Positions 49,260 through 59,368 of a stretch of 64,000 nt of DNA are shown one piece after another. The DNA is taken from positions 192,001 to 256,000 of the forward strand of contig CBDESZ010000025.1 of NCBI GenBank assembly GCA_965242725.1, written 5' to 3'. The position numbers were made by a program, and so were the translations under genes. This DNA comes from Alkalispirochaeta sp. (GTDB lineage: Bacteria; Spirochaetota; Spirochaetia; DSM-27196; Alkalispirochaetaceae). How positions within the stretch are numbered: the first letter of the stretch is position 1; the number at the start of each line of letters is the position of its first letter. The notes under the pieces were generated by a model that was not told the DNA's origin, did not search any database, and saw nothing but the letters and a program-made list of their open reading frames with translations.

Positions 49260-49715
49260 ATGGAAGAGCGTCGAGAATATCCTGCCCGACCGTTTGTCGG
49301 AGTAGGGGTCGTTGTGCTGCACAAGGATTCGGTTCTCCTCATTCGTCGCGGCAAGGCTCCACGGATCGGGGAGTGGAGCTTGCCGGGAGGTTCTCAAAAC
49401 ATCGGCGAAACGGTGCGGGAGACCGCACGGCGGGAAGTGCGGGAAGAGACGGCAATCGAAATCGGACCGCCCCGATTCCTGGAGGTCGTCGATGCGATTA
49501 TCCCCGACGAGTCGGGACGGGTGAAGTACCACTACACCCTTGTTGATTTCTGGGCGGAGTGGAAATCCGGTGAAATTACCGCCGGCGACGACGCGACACA
49601 CGTGGAATGGATTCCCCTGAAGGCCCTCGACTCCACACCATTGTGGGAGACGACCCGGCGGGTCATCCTTGACGCATTCAAGGCCCGAGGACTTGCGGAT
49701 TCATCTGGCAGGTAG
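49260..49715 (+). CDS. NUDIX hydrolase
   Basis: Nudix box GGSQNIGETVRETARREVREET. Confidence 0.9.
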   Translation: MEERREYPARPFVGVGVVVLHKDSVLLIRRGKAPRIGEWSLPGGSQNIGETVRETARREVREETAIEIGPPRFLEVVDAIIPDESGRVKYHYTLVDFWAEWKSGEITAGDDATHVEWIPLKALDSTPLWETTRRVILDAFKARGLADSSGR

Positions 49716-49753
49716 GCCGGTAACTCCTCCGGCCTGCCCTGCGTTCCGTTTCC

Positions 49754-52324
49754 TCATCGCTTTGACAGAACAAATTCCACCCGCCTGCTTTTCCATCGAT
49801 TTTCCACGTCGCCGTGGGGGACGACGGGCCTGGAACCACCGTATCCGCGTGTCGTCATTCGCGATCCTTCAATTCCCCGTTCCATGAGTGCATCCCTGAT
49901 TGCCTCGGCACGGGCGAAGGAAAGGGGAATGAGGACCTCCTCATGTTCCCGCCGTGCCCTGGCCGGCTGATCCCACAAAACCGAGACGGCGTGACCTTCC
50001 AGACTGATGGAGTACTCGGGGAATCGTTCAAGCGTCTTGGCGAGTCTATCGAGGGTTTCAAGGTTTTCACGCGCGTTTTCAGGCGGGACGCCGAAACGGT
50101 AATCCGCGGAGTACGGGGCAAATACGATGCTGGACAGGACAATCCGCAGACGATCGCCCTCCCGTATGACCAGAATGTCGCTGAGCGCCTCGTCCTCGGC
50201 GTGCCCCATGTTACCCACAACGTCCCGGACTTCCGCGGTTATTCGATATGAAGCGGCGGACTGGACCAGTTCCCCCGTCTCGGAGCGACCGTCCCACTGT
50301 ATCGTTGCGGGAGGGGTGCCGTTACCGGAAAAGCGTCGGAACTGGAGGTTCCCCGGGTCAAAAATGGTGATGACCCATCCTTCCAGGGGCGCCCTGTCCC
50401 GGGCGGAGAGGGAGATGTTCAGCAGATCGCCACGGGCGTCCGCATCGGGTGAAAATGGTTTCGGCGCGCTGGTCATGGTGAGTGCCGGCGGTGTCGTATC
50501 AATGAAAAACGGTTCCGACTGGTCCGCGGAGATATTCCCTTTTGTCCACGCTGCGTCGAGACGGAACGAATAGATGCCGTCAGGAAGCAGCCTGCCGTCG
50601 AGGCGGCCGTCCCATTCCATCGTCGACGGAAGAGTTGTGTCCGATGCGATGATTCCCAGGTCCGAACCTTCCTCGGAGACGACGGTGATGCGCCACGACT
50701 CCAGTCCCTGGGGCAGGCCGAAATCGGTGCGAATCGGTAACGTGTCAAATCGACCGTCTCCGTTGGGAGAGAAGCGGCGATATCCAGGGGCGACCCCCAC
50801 CGGCGTCGGCCTCCGGTCCATACGGATGCGGGTTACCCTGTTGGTGACTGTGTTTCCAGCCGGGTCCGTCCCGGCGAGTCTGTAGAGATAGATGCCGTCC
50901 GGGGCAGGTTCTCCCCGACTGCTCATACCGTCCCACGCGATATCTTCCGGGGTGCCGTTCCATGTATAGGACGCTACGACACTATCGGCCGTAAATGAAG
51001 AATTTTCTTCCGCCGCCTCGTCTGGCTGGACAAGAACCATCTCACCGTGCCACTGCAGTTCTTCGTCCACAATGTGATTGATCGGGAGCGTGTCCCGTCT
51101 TCCGTCTCCGTCGGGAGAAAAAAGGTAAAACGGTGCGTTGACTGCTGCGTAGGGTGGTACCGTGTCGATCTCAAAGGGTGCGGATGCGACTGTGTTGGTC
51201 CGGCCTCCGGTGTGTCGGGTTGTGAGAAGGGCACGGTAGATACCGTCCGGGGCGATGTGTCCCGCGTCGTCGGTCCCGTCATAGACGGCGATGGGGAGTG
51301 CGTCGACGACGCGCACTCCCGATGAAGCGACCGTGATCGTGCGGAGGGGCAGCCCGAATCGATCGACAATTGAGATTTCCCACCCTTCCAAATCCCGTTG
51401 GTCCACCGATCGCTGTGGTCTGGCCGTGAGCGTGACGGTATCTGCCGTGCCGTCACCGTTGGGAGAAAATGCGTCCCGCGAAACGTCTATGGCGACAGAA
51501 TGGGCTTCCGGCAGAAGCAGAATGTCGTCAAGTTCGAAACGAGCGGAGTTCCCGGCGCGATCCGTTGCGGACAGTTCATACCGATAGTAGCCCGGTGCGG
51601 CGGCATCTCCCGACTCCGTTTTGCCTTCCCATACAAGGGTGGGCGTATTTCCCTGCCACGTCCATTCCCGTACCGTCTCCGCGGGGGAGGCGGAGCCACC
51701 TTCCCATGGACGTACCATGGCAAGGGTTCCCACCCAGCGGTCTTCCCATGTGCTGTCTTCCTGGAGAATCTGAATGTCGTCGAGGCGCCCGTCGCCATTG
51801 GGGGTGAACTGCATATACGCCGAGGAAAGCGTGACCGACGGCGCGGTATTGTCGACGATAATGGCGACATCGGCGGCCGTACCGGTGTTACCTTTGTTGT
51901 CCGTTACCGTTATCGACAATCCGTAGGCTCCGTCGGGTACCCACGCCCCGGCGTCGTCCCTGCCGTCCCAGAGGACAATCTCCGGAACCGTTACCGGCCG
52001 GCGACGTTCCTTCCGTGACCACCAGCGACCGGGGGGGACGGACTCTTCGATATTTCTGACCCGCATACCCGATTCGTCATAAATTTCAATATTGAATGCT
52101 TTGAGAACGGTCCGCTCCAGGGGGACTACGTCGGTCGGAACGGATATGTCATCCTGTACACCGTCCTGGTTCTGCGGAGAAATATAGAAGAGTTCGTTCT
52201 CGTCAAAGGCGACGGGAATAGTGCCCGTTGTTGTGCAGCCGACAAGGAGCGATACCGAAACAATTACGGTCACCAACGACAACCCGGACGTTGTACGGCC
52301 ACGGGAAAAAGTATCGAGTTTCAT
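49754..52324 (-). CDS. OmpA-family lipoprotein with six FlgD/Ig-like FSPNGDG repeats
   Basis: Lipobox LVGC; repeated (F/I)(S/T)PxxDG..D, WDG, PDGxY units; C-terminal OmpA (LEGHA, LSFARA, RRVEF). Confidence 0.88.
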   Translation of the reverse strand: MKLDTFSRGRTTSGLSLVTVIVSVSLLVGCTTTGTIPVAFDENELFYISPQNQDGVQDDISVPTDVVPLERTVLKAFNIEIYDESGMRVRNIEESVPPGRWWSRKERRRPVTVPEIVLWDGRDDAGAWVPDGAYGLSITVTDNKGNTGTAADVAIIVDNTAPSVTLSSAYMQFTPNGDGRLDDIQILQEDSTWEDRWVGTLAMVRPWEGGSASPAETVREWTWQGNTPTLVWEGKTESGDAAAPGYYRYELSATDRAGNSARFELDDILLLPEAHSVAIDVSRDAFSPNGDGTADTVTLTARPQRSVDQRDLEGWEISIVDRFGLPLRTITVASSGVRVVDALPIAVYDGTDDAGHIAPDGIYRALLTTRHTGGRTNTVASAPFEIDTVPPYAAVNAPFYLFSPDGDGRRDTLPINHIVDEELQWHGEMVLVQPDEAAEENSSFTADSVVASYTWNGTPEDIAWDGMSSRGEPAPDGIYLYRLAGTDPAGNTVTNRVTRIRMDRRPTPVGVAPGYRRFSPNGDGRFDTLPIRTDFGLPQGLESWRITVVSEEGSDLGIIASDTTLPSTMEWDGRLDGRLLPDGIYSFRLDAAWTKGNISADQSEPFFIDTTPPALTMTSAPKPFSPDADARGDLLNISLSARDRAPLEGWVITIFDPGNLQFRRFSGNGTPPATIQWDGRSETGELVQSAASYRITAEVRDVVGNMGHAEDEALSDILVIREGDRLRIVLSSIVFAPYSADYRFGVPPENARENLETLDRLAKTLERFPEYSISLEGHAVSVLWDQPARARREHEEVLIPLSFARAEAIRDALMERGIEGSRMTTRGYGGSRPVVPHGDVENRWKSRRVEFVLSKR

Positions 52325-52362
52325 ATAGAGAAAACAACAGAATCGTCGGCGGGTAACGATTC

Positions 52363-52878
52363 TCAGAGAAGCTCTGATCGCACGGGGATACCCATCCGGA
52401 CGGCGACGCTTTTAATCGCCGCAACCTGATCGTTCAGTTGATCAAGCTCGACGATAATGTGGTACTGGCGATATTTCCAGATCGGTTTGATGAAGAGCCG
52501 CATCATTGCAGGGCCCCTTCGGCGAACACAGTCGGGATCGAGAAGTCGAAATCCGATCTGGGGGCGGGCGTGGAGAGCGTAAATGCGCAATTCTTCAATT
52601 TCGTCATATTGAATTATCCCCAGCGCCTGAGCGGGATCGATGAGGAGAAATCCGTCATCCCGTATATAGAGTATTGCGATGCGTCGCTGGCTGCGCAGAA
52701 AGGCATACCACGTCAGGACGGCGAAACCCACCGTGCCGGCCCAGGCGATGGCGTTGAATCCCGGTTTGTTCAGCAGGATGGAGAGGGATACAAACAGTGC
52801 AATAAACGACAGCATCGCAAGAAGACGATATCCCCGGGAATGTCCATAAATAACGGTGTCGGCTCCCATTCTTTCCAT
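52363..52878 (-). CDS. Hypothetical membrane protein (2 TM)
   Basis: Two hydrophobic helices; GGAAGG RBS before ATG 52878. Confidence 0.6.
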   Translation of the reverse strand: MERMGADTVIYGHSRGYRLLAMLSFIALFVSLSILLNKPGFNAIAWAGTVGFAVLTWYAFLRSQRRIAILYIRDDGFLLIDPAQALGIIQYDEIEELRIYALHARPQIGFRLLDPDCVRRRGPAMMRLFIKPIWKYRQYHIIVELDQLNDQVAAIKSVAVRMGIPVRSELL

Positions 52879-52936
52879 AAGATACCCTTCCGCTGATCTT
52901 GTCGCAACGACCCACATGGCGTACCCTTCTGGTCCG

Positions 52937-53983
52937 ATGAAACGGGCAGGTTTGGTAATCCTCGGTGTATTGATGGTACTCATGGTCGTCGCAGGGGGTA
53001 CGGCGTGGTATTTTTATGATCAGTTGACGAGCCCCTACCATCGGTCCCCGCTGTTTGCATCATTGCCCGAAGGCGGGTCTCCGGAAGTCCTTTTCGAAAT
53101 TGAACCGGGAAACGGATTACGACTTATCACCCGGCGTCTCCATGCGGAAGGTCTCATAGTCAACCCCGGGGCACTTGAAATCTACGGTCGCTGGATGGGG
53201 TACGCAGCCGCTCTTCAGGCGGGGCGCTACGTCCTCTCTCCCGATATGAGTCCGGTCGAAATGGTTGCGAAGATCGTCTCGGGCGATGCGGTTTTCGATG
53301 AAATAACGGTGACGATACCGGAGGGGTGGAGCGCCTACGACATTGAGGCGTACATGGACGAGCGGGGGCTCTTCTCCCGCGACCGTTTTCAGCGGGCCAT
53401 TGTCATGCAGCCGGCGTACCGGGATATCGGGGTTCTCCAGGACCTTGAAGACAATACGATTCTAGACGGCTATCTCTTTCCCGATACATATCGCATCTTT
53501 GCGGACAGTACCCCCGAAGGAATCGTGAGACGGATGCTCACCAATTTTGAAGATCGCGTCGCCGGGGAACTCTCGGTAATGGCGGAACGGGAGCGGACGA
53601 TTCATGAGGTACTCACACTTGCATCGATCGTCCAGCATGAATCCGCGGATGATGAGGAGATGCCCGCCGTTGCCGGAGTCTTCTGGAACCGGCTCCGCAT
53701 CGGAATGCGCCTTGAGTCGGACGCGACGGTCAACTACGTTCTCGGGACAAACAAGCTGCAACCTACCTTTGCGGATACCGAGGTTGATCATCCGTACAAT
53801 ACCTATGAAAACTACGGACTGCCCCCGGGACCGATCGGCAATCCCGGTATGGCCGCAATTCAAGCCGCCCTCTACCCGGCGCGGCACGACTATCTCTTTT
53901 TTCTGCACAAACCGGATCGGGAGATCGTCCTCTCTTCCACATTCGAGGAGCACCTCGCGGCGAAGGCGCGCTATCTCGATTAG
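52937..53983 (+). CDS. mltG: Endolytic transglycosylase
   Basis: TIPEG, GYLFPDTY, LASIV..E, VFWNRL, PYNTY...GLPPGPI. Confidence 0.95.
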   Translation: MKRAGLVILGVLMVLMVVAGGTAWYFYDQLTSPYHRSPLFASLPEGGSPEVLFEIEPGNGLRLITRRLHAEGLIVNPGALEIYGRWMGYAAALQAGRYVLSPDMSPVEMVAKIVSGDAVFDEITVTIPEGWSAYDIEAYMDERGLFSRDRFQRAIVMQPAYRDIGVLQDLEDNTILDGYLFPDTYRIFADSTPEGIVRRMLTNFEDRVAGELSVMAERERTIHEVLTLASIVQHESADDEEMPAVAGVFWNRLRIGMRLESDATVNYVLGTNKLQPTFADTEVDHPYNTYENYGLPPGPIGNPGMAAIQAALYPARHDYLFFLHKPDREIVLSSTFEEHLAAKARYLD

Positions 53984-55098
53984 TCTTCTTGAGTGAGAAA
54001 CTGAACGCCGATCGGGTCGTGAAAGTTCCGCCACCCCCGGGGACCCCTGTCGAGCTCCGTTCGGCTCAGGAGGCAGCTGCGGATATTGCGCAGTTCCCGC
54101 TCCACCGCGTCAGGTGCCCCGATAACGGCGATACTCTGACGACGATCGCCGTACGGTTGCGAGGCGAGGGACTCCCGGATTTCATCATCCTCCGGGACCT
54201 CTTCCGCCGGCATCGCAGCGTACCACGTACCTTCCATCCCCACCTCCCGTTGCCGGGGTGCAGCGTCTATGACGTATACATGATCCATGTCCGTCGCGAG
54301 CCAGGCAAAGCCCTTGACCCTGATTATGCCCGGCCAGTCGGTATTGAGCCAGCGATCGAGTCGTTCCGGATGGAACGGTCGGCTCTCAGCCATGAATCGC
54401 GCGACGAGGGGATAAAAGTTGGGATTGCTCGGCGTTGTCCGTGCAGTCGTTCCCGCGGTACTCGCGGCCAGTTCTTCCCGCCTGCCGGTGAAGATGATCT
54501 CCTCCACGGGAAGGCGGCCGAACTCGGCGGTTCCGACGTGGGCGACCGGGTTTATCCTGCGTATCAAGCGACGGGCGGCGAGGCGTTCAAAGAAGCCGGC
54601 TCGGTCATACTTGTTCAACACGATCAAGTCGGCGGCAGCGATCTGGTCGGCGAGGACGGGCTGCAGCTGCGGATCTTTCCAGTATACCGTCAGCGTTCCG
54701 GTATCCACGACGGTGATGACCGTATCGATATAGGCCGTGCCGGCGAGAACCTTGTTCCGTTTCAGCTGGTGGTTGAGGTCGAGGGCGGGAGAGCTTCCCG
54801 ACGTCTCTATGACGATCACGTCCGGCGGCGTGGAGCCGGAGGCAAGATCGATGACCGTCTCTTCAAGGTCCTTCCGCTTTCCCGCGCCGATACGGCCGCC
54901 GGTAATGCTGCGAATGACGTCATCGTCGCCTCTGACAATATGTTCGCCGCCCCGGAGAAAGGCAGTGTCTATGCTTTCCGACGCCAGTTCATTGATGACG
55001 ACTGCAATGCGCCGGTCGTCGCCGGAATCAAGAAGGTGTGCAATAAGTGAGGTCTTCCCGGAGCCCAGGAATCCAGTTACAACGGTAATGGGAATCAT
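53980..55098 (-). CDS. COG0523/CobW family G3E GTPase lacking the CxCC motif
   Basis: TGFLGSGKT, INE, IETSG, LNKYD, CobW_C (RPFHPERL, RVKGFAWLA, GDRRQ). Confidence 0.88.
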   Translation of the reverse strand: MIPITVVTGFLGSGKTSLIAHLLDSGDDRRIAVVINELASESIDTAFLRGGEHIVRGDDDVIRSITGGRIGAGKRKDLEETVIDLASGSTPPDVIVIETSGSSPALDLNHQLKRNKVLAGTAYIDTVITVVDTGTLTVYWKDPQLQPVLADQIAAADLIVLNKYDRAGFFERLAARRLIRRINPVAHVGTAEFGRLPVEEIIFTGRREELAASTAGTTARTTPSNPNFYPLVARFMAESRPFHPERLDRWLNTDWPGIIRVKGFAWLATDMDHVYVIDAAPRQREVGMEGTWYAAMPAEEVPEDDEIRESLASQPYGDRRQSIAVIGAPDAVERELRNIRSCLLSRTELDRGPRGWRNFHDPIGVQFLTQED

Positions 55099-55179
55099 CG
55101 AGGATGAAGCTATCAGAAAAACGTCGAGGCGTGTACCATCTTTTTCAGGAATAATCTGCAAAGACGATGAGGAGTAGGA

Positions 55180-56136
55180 ATGGCTGAAGCAATTGGAACG
55201 ACGGTTGTCGTCGGCGCGGGAGCATTGGGTTCCATGTATGCGGAACGTATTCAGAATGCGGGTCTGGATGTCATGTTTTTTGCGGAGGGAGAACGTCGGG
55301 AACGTCTTCGCCGGGACGGGGTGACGGTAAACGGGACGTCCCTGTCCATACCTGTTCGCAGTCGAAACGAAATGACCGGGGCGCCGGACAGGGTGATCGT
55401 CGCACTCAAGGAGCAGCACCTCTCCCGCTTCGCACCGCTTTTACCCGAGATTTGCGGACCCCACACGACCGTCCTGTCGGTGATGAACGGCATAGACAGT
55501 GAGTCGGTCCTTGCGGCGGCGCTGGGAGAGAACGTGGAGGACGACACCGGACGCGTCCTGTACTGCATGGTGGCGGGAATGGACGCCGTGCGCAGCGGCG
55601 ACTCGATCGTCTACACCAGGATCGGCACCGTATACTTCGGACGGAAAAGAAACGATCCCGCACGGCTCGACAGCCGAACCGCCCGTATGAAGAAGTTCTT
55701 CGATCATGCGGGAATCCCCTCGGTGGTTGCGCCGGACATGGAAAAGGCCGTCTGGAATAAGTTCATGCTCAATGTCGGTATCAACCAATGGTCTGCGGTG
55801 CTCGGCGCTCCCTACGGCGTTTTCCACAATAATCAGGCGGCCCAACGGCTCATGAGAAGCGCAATGGCGGAGGTACTGGAGGTTGCACAGCGGCGGGGAA
55901 TCGATCTCACCGACAGTGACATGGAGAACTGGTTTTCCGTTGTGCGTACCCTCTCCCCCGAAGGCAAGACGTCGATGCTGCAGGATATCGAAGCCGGTCG
56001 GAAGACTGAAGTGGAGATGTTTGCCGGCCGGGTCGTCGCCCTGGGCCGGGAACTGGGTGTTTCCGTCCCGATAAACGGCGCCCTTCAGGATCTCATTCAT
56101 GTACGGGAGGAGATGGCCCGCTCGGGGGACACATAG
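55180..56136 (+). CDS. panE: Ketopantoate reductase family protein
   Basis: GAGALG, MNGI, WNKF..N, TSMLQD..AGRKTE. Confidence 0.85.
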   Translation: MAEAIGTTVVVGAGALGSMYAERIQNAGLDVMFFAEGERRERLRRDGVTVNGTSLSIPVRSRNEMTGAPDRVIVALKEQHLSRFAPLLPEICGPHTTVLSVMNGIDSESVLAAALGENVEDDTGRVLYCMVAGMDAVRSGDSIVYTRIGTVYFGRKRNDPARLDSRTARMKKFFDHAGIPSVVAPDMEKAVWNKFMLNVGINQWSAVLGAPYGVFHNNQAAQRLMRSAMAEVLEVAQRRGIDLTDSDMENWFSVVRTLSPEGKTSMLQDIEAGRKTEVEMFAGRVVALGRELGVSVPINGALQDLIHVREEMARSGDT

Positions 56137-56228
56137 ACTGTTGACCGGGACGGCGCTGTGCACACGCCGACGGAGAATAAATCTCCCGTCGGCGTTTACA
56201 AAGGGCCGTCCCTCTTGCATCATAGCGC

Positions 56229-57725
56229 ATGGATCAAAACGCGCGCTTCAGAAATCTTTCGCCCCTGGATCACCGCTACTATCTCTCAAACGAGACGCTG
56301 TTCAATGAGCTGGCAGATTATTTGAGCGAAGAAGCTGCCGTCGGACAGTGTGTCCTGGTGGAATCGGTGCTTCTGGAACATTTGATTCGCCATCTTCTTC
56401 CCGACAGTTCAAGCACGGAATCCTTTATCGCGGCGGCTCGGGCCCTGCCGGAGAATGTTTCCGCCGCAGAGGTGTATTCGGAAGAGGAAACGACGAAACA
56501 CAACATTCGGGCGGTGGTAAACGTCATTCAGCGCCACCTTCCGCCCGGGGTGAGGCACCTTGTCCATCTCGGCGCAACGTCCGTGGACATTCTTGATACC
56601 GCGGCTGCCCTGCGCTATCGGGACGTGACAAACAAGGTGGTCCTGCCCCTCCTCCTCCGTCTGCAGGAGGAGCTCATCTCCCTGGCGGAGAGGGAGGCCG
56701 AAACCGTTTCCATCGGTCGGACCCACGGACAATTTGCGGTGCCCATTACCGTCGGATTTGCCTTTGCCGAATACGTCTCGCGACTGGGATCCTCGATCGG
56801 GGAGATACACCGGAGGGCGGGAGGACTGAAGGGGAAGCTCGCAGGCGCGGTAGGCGCCTACAACGCCACAAGCGTTATTCACCCCGATCCGGAGGAGCTG
56901 GAGCGTCTGGTCCTGGCGGACCTCGGTCTTGAGGCGGGGGAGCACGCGACGCAGATCGTCAGCCCGGAGCCGCTGCTGCGCCTTCTCCTTGAGATGAATA
57001 CCGCCTTCGGTGTCATTGCAAACCTCGCCGACGACCTGCGCCACTTGCAGCGGTCGGAAATAGGTGAGTTTTCGGAGTATTTTGCCGCCGGTCAGGTCGG
57101 TTCCTCGACAATGCCCCATAAACGAAATCCCTGGAATGCGGAGCACGTCAAGAGTCTCTGGAAAGCGTTCAGCCCCCGGGCGATGACGTGGTTCATGGAT
57201 CAGATATCGGAGCATCAGCGGGATCTCAGTAATTCCGCATCGGGACGATTTGTCGTGGAGTTCATAGCGGGGTTCGTTGCCGCAGCGGAACGGATGCGGC
57301 AGATTCTCGCCCGCCTGCGTGTAGACCGGGAGGGTATTCAGCGGAACCTGTACCTTGGATCCCGTCGCGTGTCGGCGGAACCTCTCTACATCCTTCTTGC
57401 CGCCGCCGGATACGGGGACGCCCATGAACGGATACGCCGGTTGACCCTCGATGCCGACGAAGCGGGCGAAACGGTGGTGGACGCCGCAAAACGGGATCAG
57501 GAAATCTGGCGCGCCGTTCTCGATACCTATCATCATCTCACCGGCGGCGACGGCGAGTCCTTTCTTCGTGATCCCGCCAGGTACACCGGCCGGGCGGCGG
57601 AACGGGCGCGTGTAATCGCTGCAACGCATCGTGATACGGTGAAAACGATGAAAAAGAAACTGGGGCTCCCGAAGAAGAGCTCCGAAGGGGCCGACGGGAA
57701 GACGGGAAGGGGAGGTACACGATGA
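56229..57725 (+). CDS. purB: Adenylosuccinate lyase
   Basis: HLGATSVDI, GRTHGQ, GAVG, GSSTMPHKRNP, HQRDL. Confidence 0.92.
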   Translation: MDQNARFRNLSPLDHRYYLSNETLFNELADYLSEEAAVGQCVLVESVLLEHLIRHLLPDSSSTESFIAAARALPENVSAAEVYSEEETTKHNIRAVVNVIQRHLPPGVRHLVHLGATSVDILDTAAALRYRDVTNKVVLPLLLRLQEELISLAEREAETVSIGRTHGQFAVPITVGFAFAEYVSRLGSSIGEIHRRAGGLKGKLAGAVGAYNATSVIHPDPEELERLVLADLGLEAGEHATQIVSPEPLLRLLLEMNTAFGVIANLADDLRHLQRSEIGEFSEYFAAGQVGSSTMPHKRNPWNAEHVKSLWKAFSPRAMTWFMDQISEHQRDLSNSASGRFVVEFIAGFVAAAERMRQILARLRVDREGIQRNLYLGSRRVSAEPLYILLAAAGYGDAHERIRRLTLDADEAGETVVDAAKRDQEIWRAVLDTYHHLTGGDGESFLRDPARYTGRAAERARVIAATHRDTVKTMKKKLGLPKKSSEGADGKTGRGGTR

Positions 57726-59368
57726 TCGTTCTTATTGTCGGATCCGGCGGAAGGGAGCATGCCCTGGCGTGGCGTATCGCCCAAAGCGACGGCGTCGATC
57801 GTGTGCTTGTAAGTCCGGGAAATCCGGGAATCGCCGGTGAGGAAAAGGTCGAGTCCGTAACGCTCTCCGGCGCCGAAGAGATCCTTCATGCCGGTGTCGA
57901 TCTGGTCGTGATCGGTCCCGAGGAACCTCTCGTAAAGGGGCTGGCAGATCAGTTGCGGGATGCGGGGCTTCCCGTGGTGGGGCCTTCCGGCGAGGCGGCG
58001 CGTCTGGAAGGGAGTAAAGCCTTCGCCAAGGATTTTATGGCTGCCTGCGGCGTGCCGACCGCAGAGTACCGAGTTTGCTCCACCCTTGCGGAAGCCCATG
58101 ACGCCATCGATGAACTTGGCGCACCGGTGGTTGTGAAAGCCGACGGTCTGGCGGCAGGGAAGGGCGTCATCGTCTGTGATTCGCTCCGGGAAGCCCATGC
58201 GGCGGCGGATACGATCATGCGGGATCGCCTCTTTGGAGAAGCAGGCGATTCGGTTGTGGTGGAGCGCTGTCTCAAGGGATTTGAAGCGTCAATAATCGTC
58301 CTCCTCGATGAATCGGGCTATCTCATTCTGCCGACCTCCCAGGACCACAAAGCTATCGGAGAAGGCAATACCGGTCCGAACACCGGCGGTATGGGGGTGG
58401 TTGCACCAAATCCCCTCATAGACGCCTCACTGCTTGCAAAGATCGAGAAGCTGATCGTGAGCCCGTCGGTCGATGCGATTCGGCAGCGGGGCTGGATCTT
58501 CCGGGGGGCCCTCTTTATCGGACTCATGATCGACGAATCCGGTCCCAAGGCGCTTGAATACAATGTGCGTTTCGGTGATCCCGAGACACAGTCAATTCTC
58601 CCTCTCATCGGGGGTGATTTTGCCGTTCTTCTCCGGGGCCTCGCGGCGGGAGCTCTGAGCGATGCCGCCGAAGAGGCCGGTTTCAGTGTCCGTCCCCAGG
58701 CGGCGTGCACCGTCGTTGCCGCCTCTCCCGGATATCCGGGACCGTATACACGGAAACTGCCGATTCATGTCGGCGACGTCGGTGAGGCCCACGTCTTTTA
58801 TGCCGGAGTCCAGTCCGGTCGGGACGAAAAGCTCGAAACATCGGGCGGGCGGGTTCTTGCTGTTACCGCCGCGGCTTCGACGCTGGAAGACGCGCGGCGG
58901 GACGCGTACGCGGGGCTCCTGTCCGTCCGCTTTGACGGCATGCAGTTCCGGAGAGACATCGGCGGACCGTCGATTATCGATGAAATCGTTGAAGAGGGAT
59001 CACGATCACTTCTTCAATTTGATAAACGTGGCGGCGTCCTGCCGGTTGTTGTGCAGGAAGCGACGACCGGTGAGGTCCTCATGGTTGCATATACCAACCG
59101 GGAAGCCTACGAGGAGACGCGCCGGAGCGGATACGCCTGCTTCTGGAGTACCAGCCGGAACGCCCTCTGGAAAAAGGGAGAAAGCAGCGGCGACTACCTG
59201 GCGATACAGGAGATCCGCGTCGATTGTGATCAGGACGCCCTTCTGTATCGGGTGAAGTTACTGGGAGACGGTGTATGTCATACCGTTGAAAAGACGGGCA
59301 AACACCGAAAGCGGTGCTTTTACCGTACCGTTGATGACGGCGGATCACTGCGCTTTGATCACCCGTGA
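57722..59368 (+). CDS. purD: Phosphoribosylamine-glycine ligase fused to C-terminal phosphoribosyl-AMP cyclohydrolase (PurD-HisI)
   Basis: GSGGREHAL, KADGLAAGKGV, GPNTGGMG, EYNVRFGDPE, FRRDIG, then VLMVAY, WSTSR..LW.KGESSG, DCDQD, VCHT...CFY. Confidence 0.92.
   Translation: MIVLIVGSGGREHALAWRIAQSDGVDRVLVSPGNPGIAGEEKVESVTLSGAEEILHAGVDLVVIGPEEPLVKGLADQLRDAGLPVVGPSGEAARLEGSKAFAKDFMAACGVPTAEYRVCSTLAEAHDAIDELGAPVVVKADGLAAGKGVIVCDSLREAHAAADTIMRDRLFGEAGDSVVVERCLKGFEASIIVLLDESGYLILPTSQDHKAIGEGNTGPNTGGMGVVAPNPLIDASLLAKIEKLIVSPSVDAIRQRGWIFRGALFIGLMIDESGPKALEYNVRFGDPETQSILPLIGGDFAVLLRGLAAGALSDAAEEAGFSVRPQAACTVVAASPGYPGPYTRKLPIHVGDVGEAHVFYAGVQSGRDEKLETSGGRVLAVTAAASTLEDARRDAYAGLLSVRFDGMQFRRDIGGPSIIDEIVEEGSRSLLQFDKRGGVLPVVVQEATTGEVLMVAYTNREAYEETRRSGYACFWSTSRNALWKKGESSGDYLAIQEIRVDCDQDALLYRVKLLGDGVCHTVEKTGKHRKRCFYRTVDDGGSLRFDHP

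Noticed and set aside
55099..55179. RHH operator box upstream of the COG0523 gene
   Set aside because: Looked for the TRTTAC-N4-TATTAC repeat and did not find it
55099..55419. 107-aa N-terminal extension of the COG0523 ORF
   Set aside because: Overlaps panE on the opposite strand; the family begins at MIPITVVTG (55098)
56409..57629. 406-aa minus-strand ORF
   Set aside because: Antisense shadow of purB
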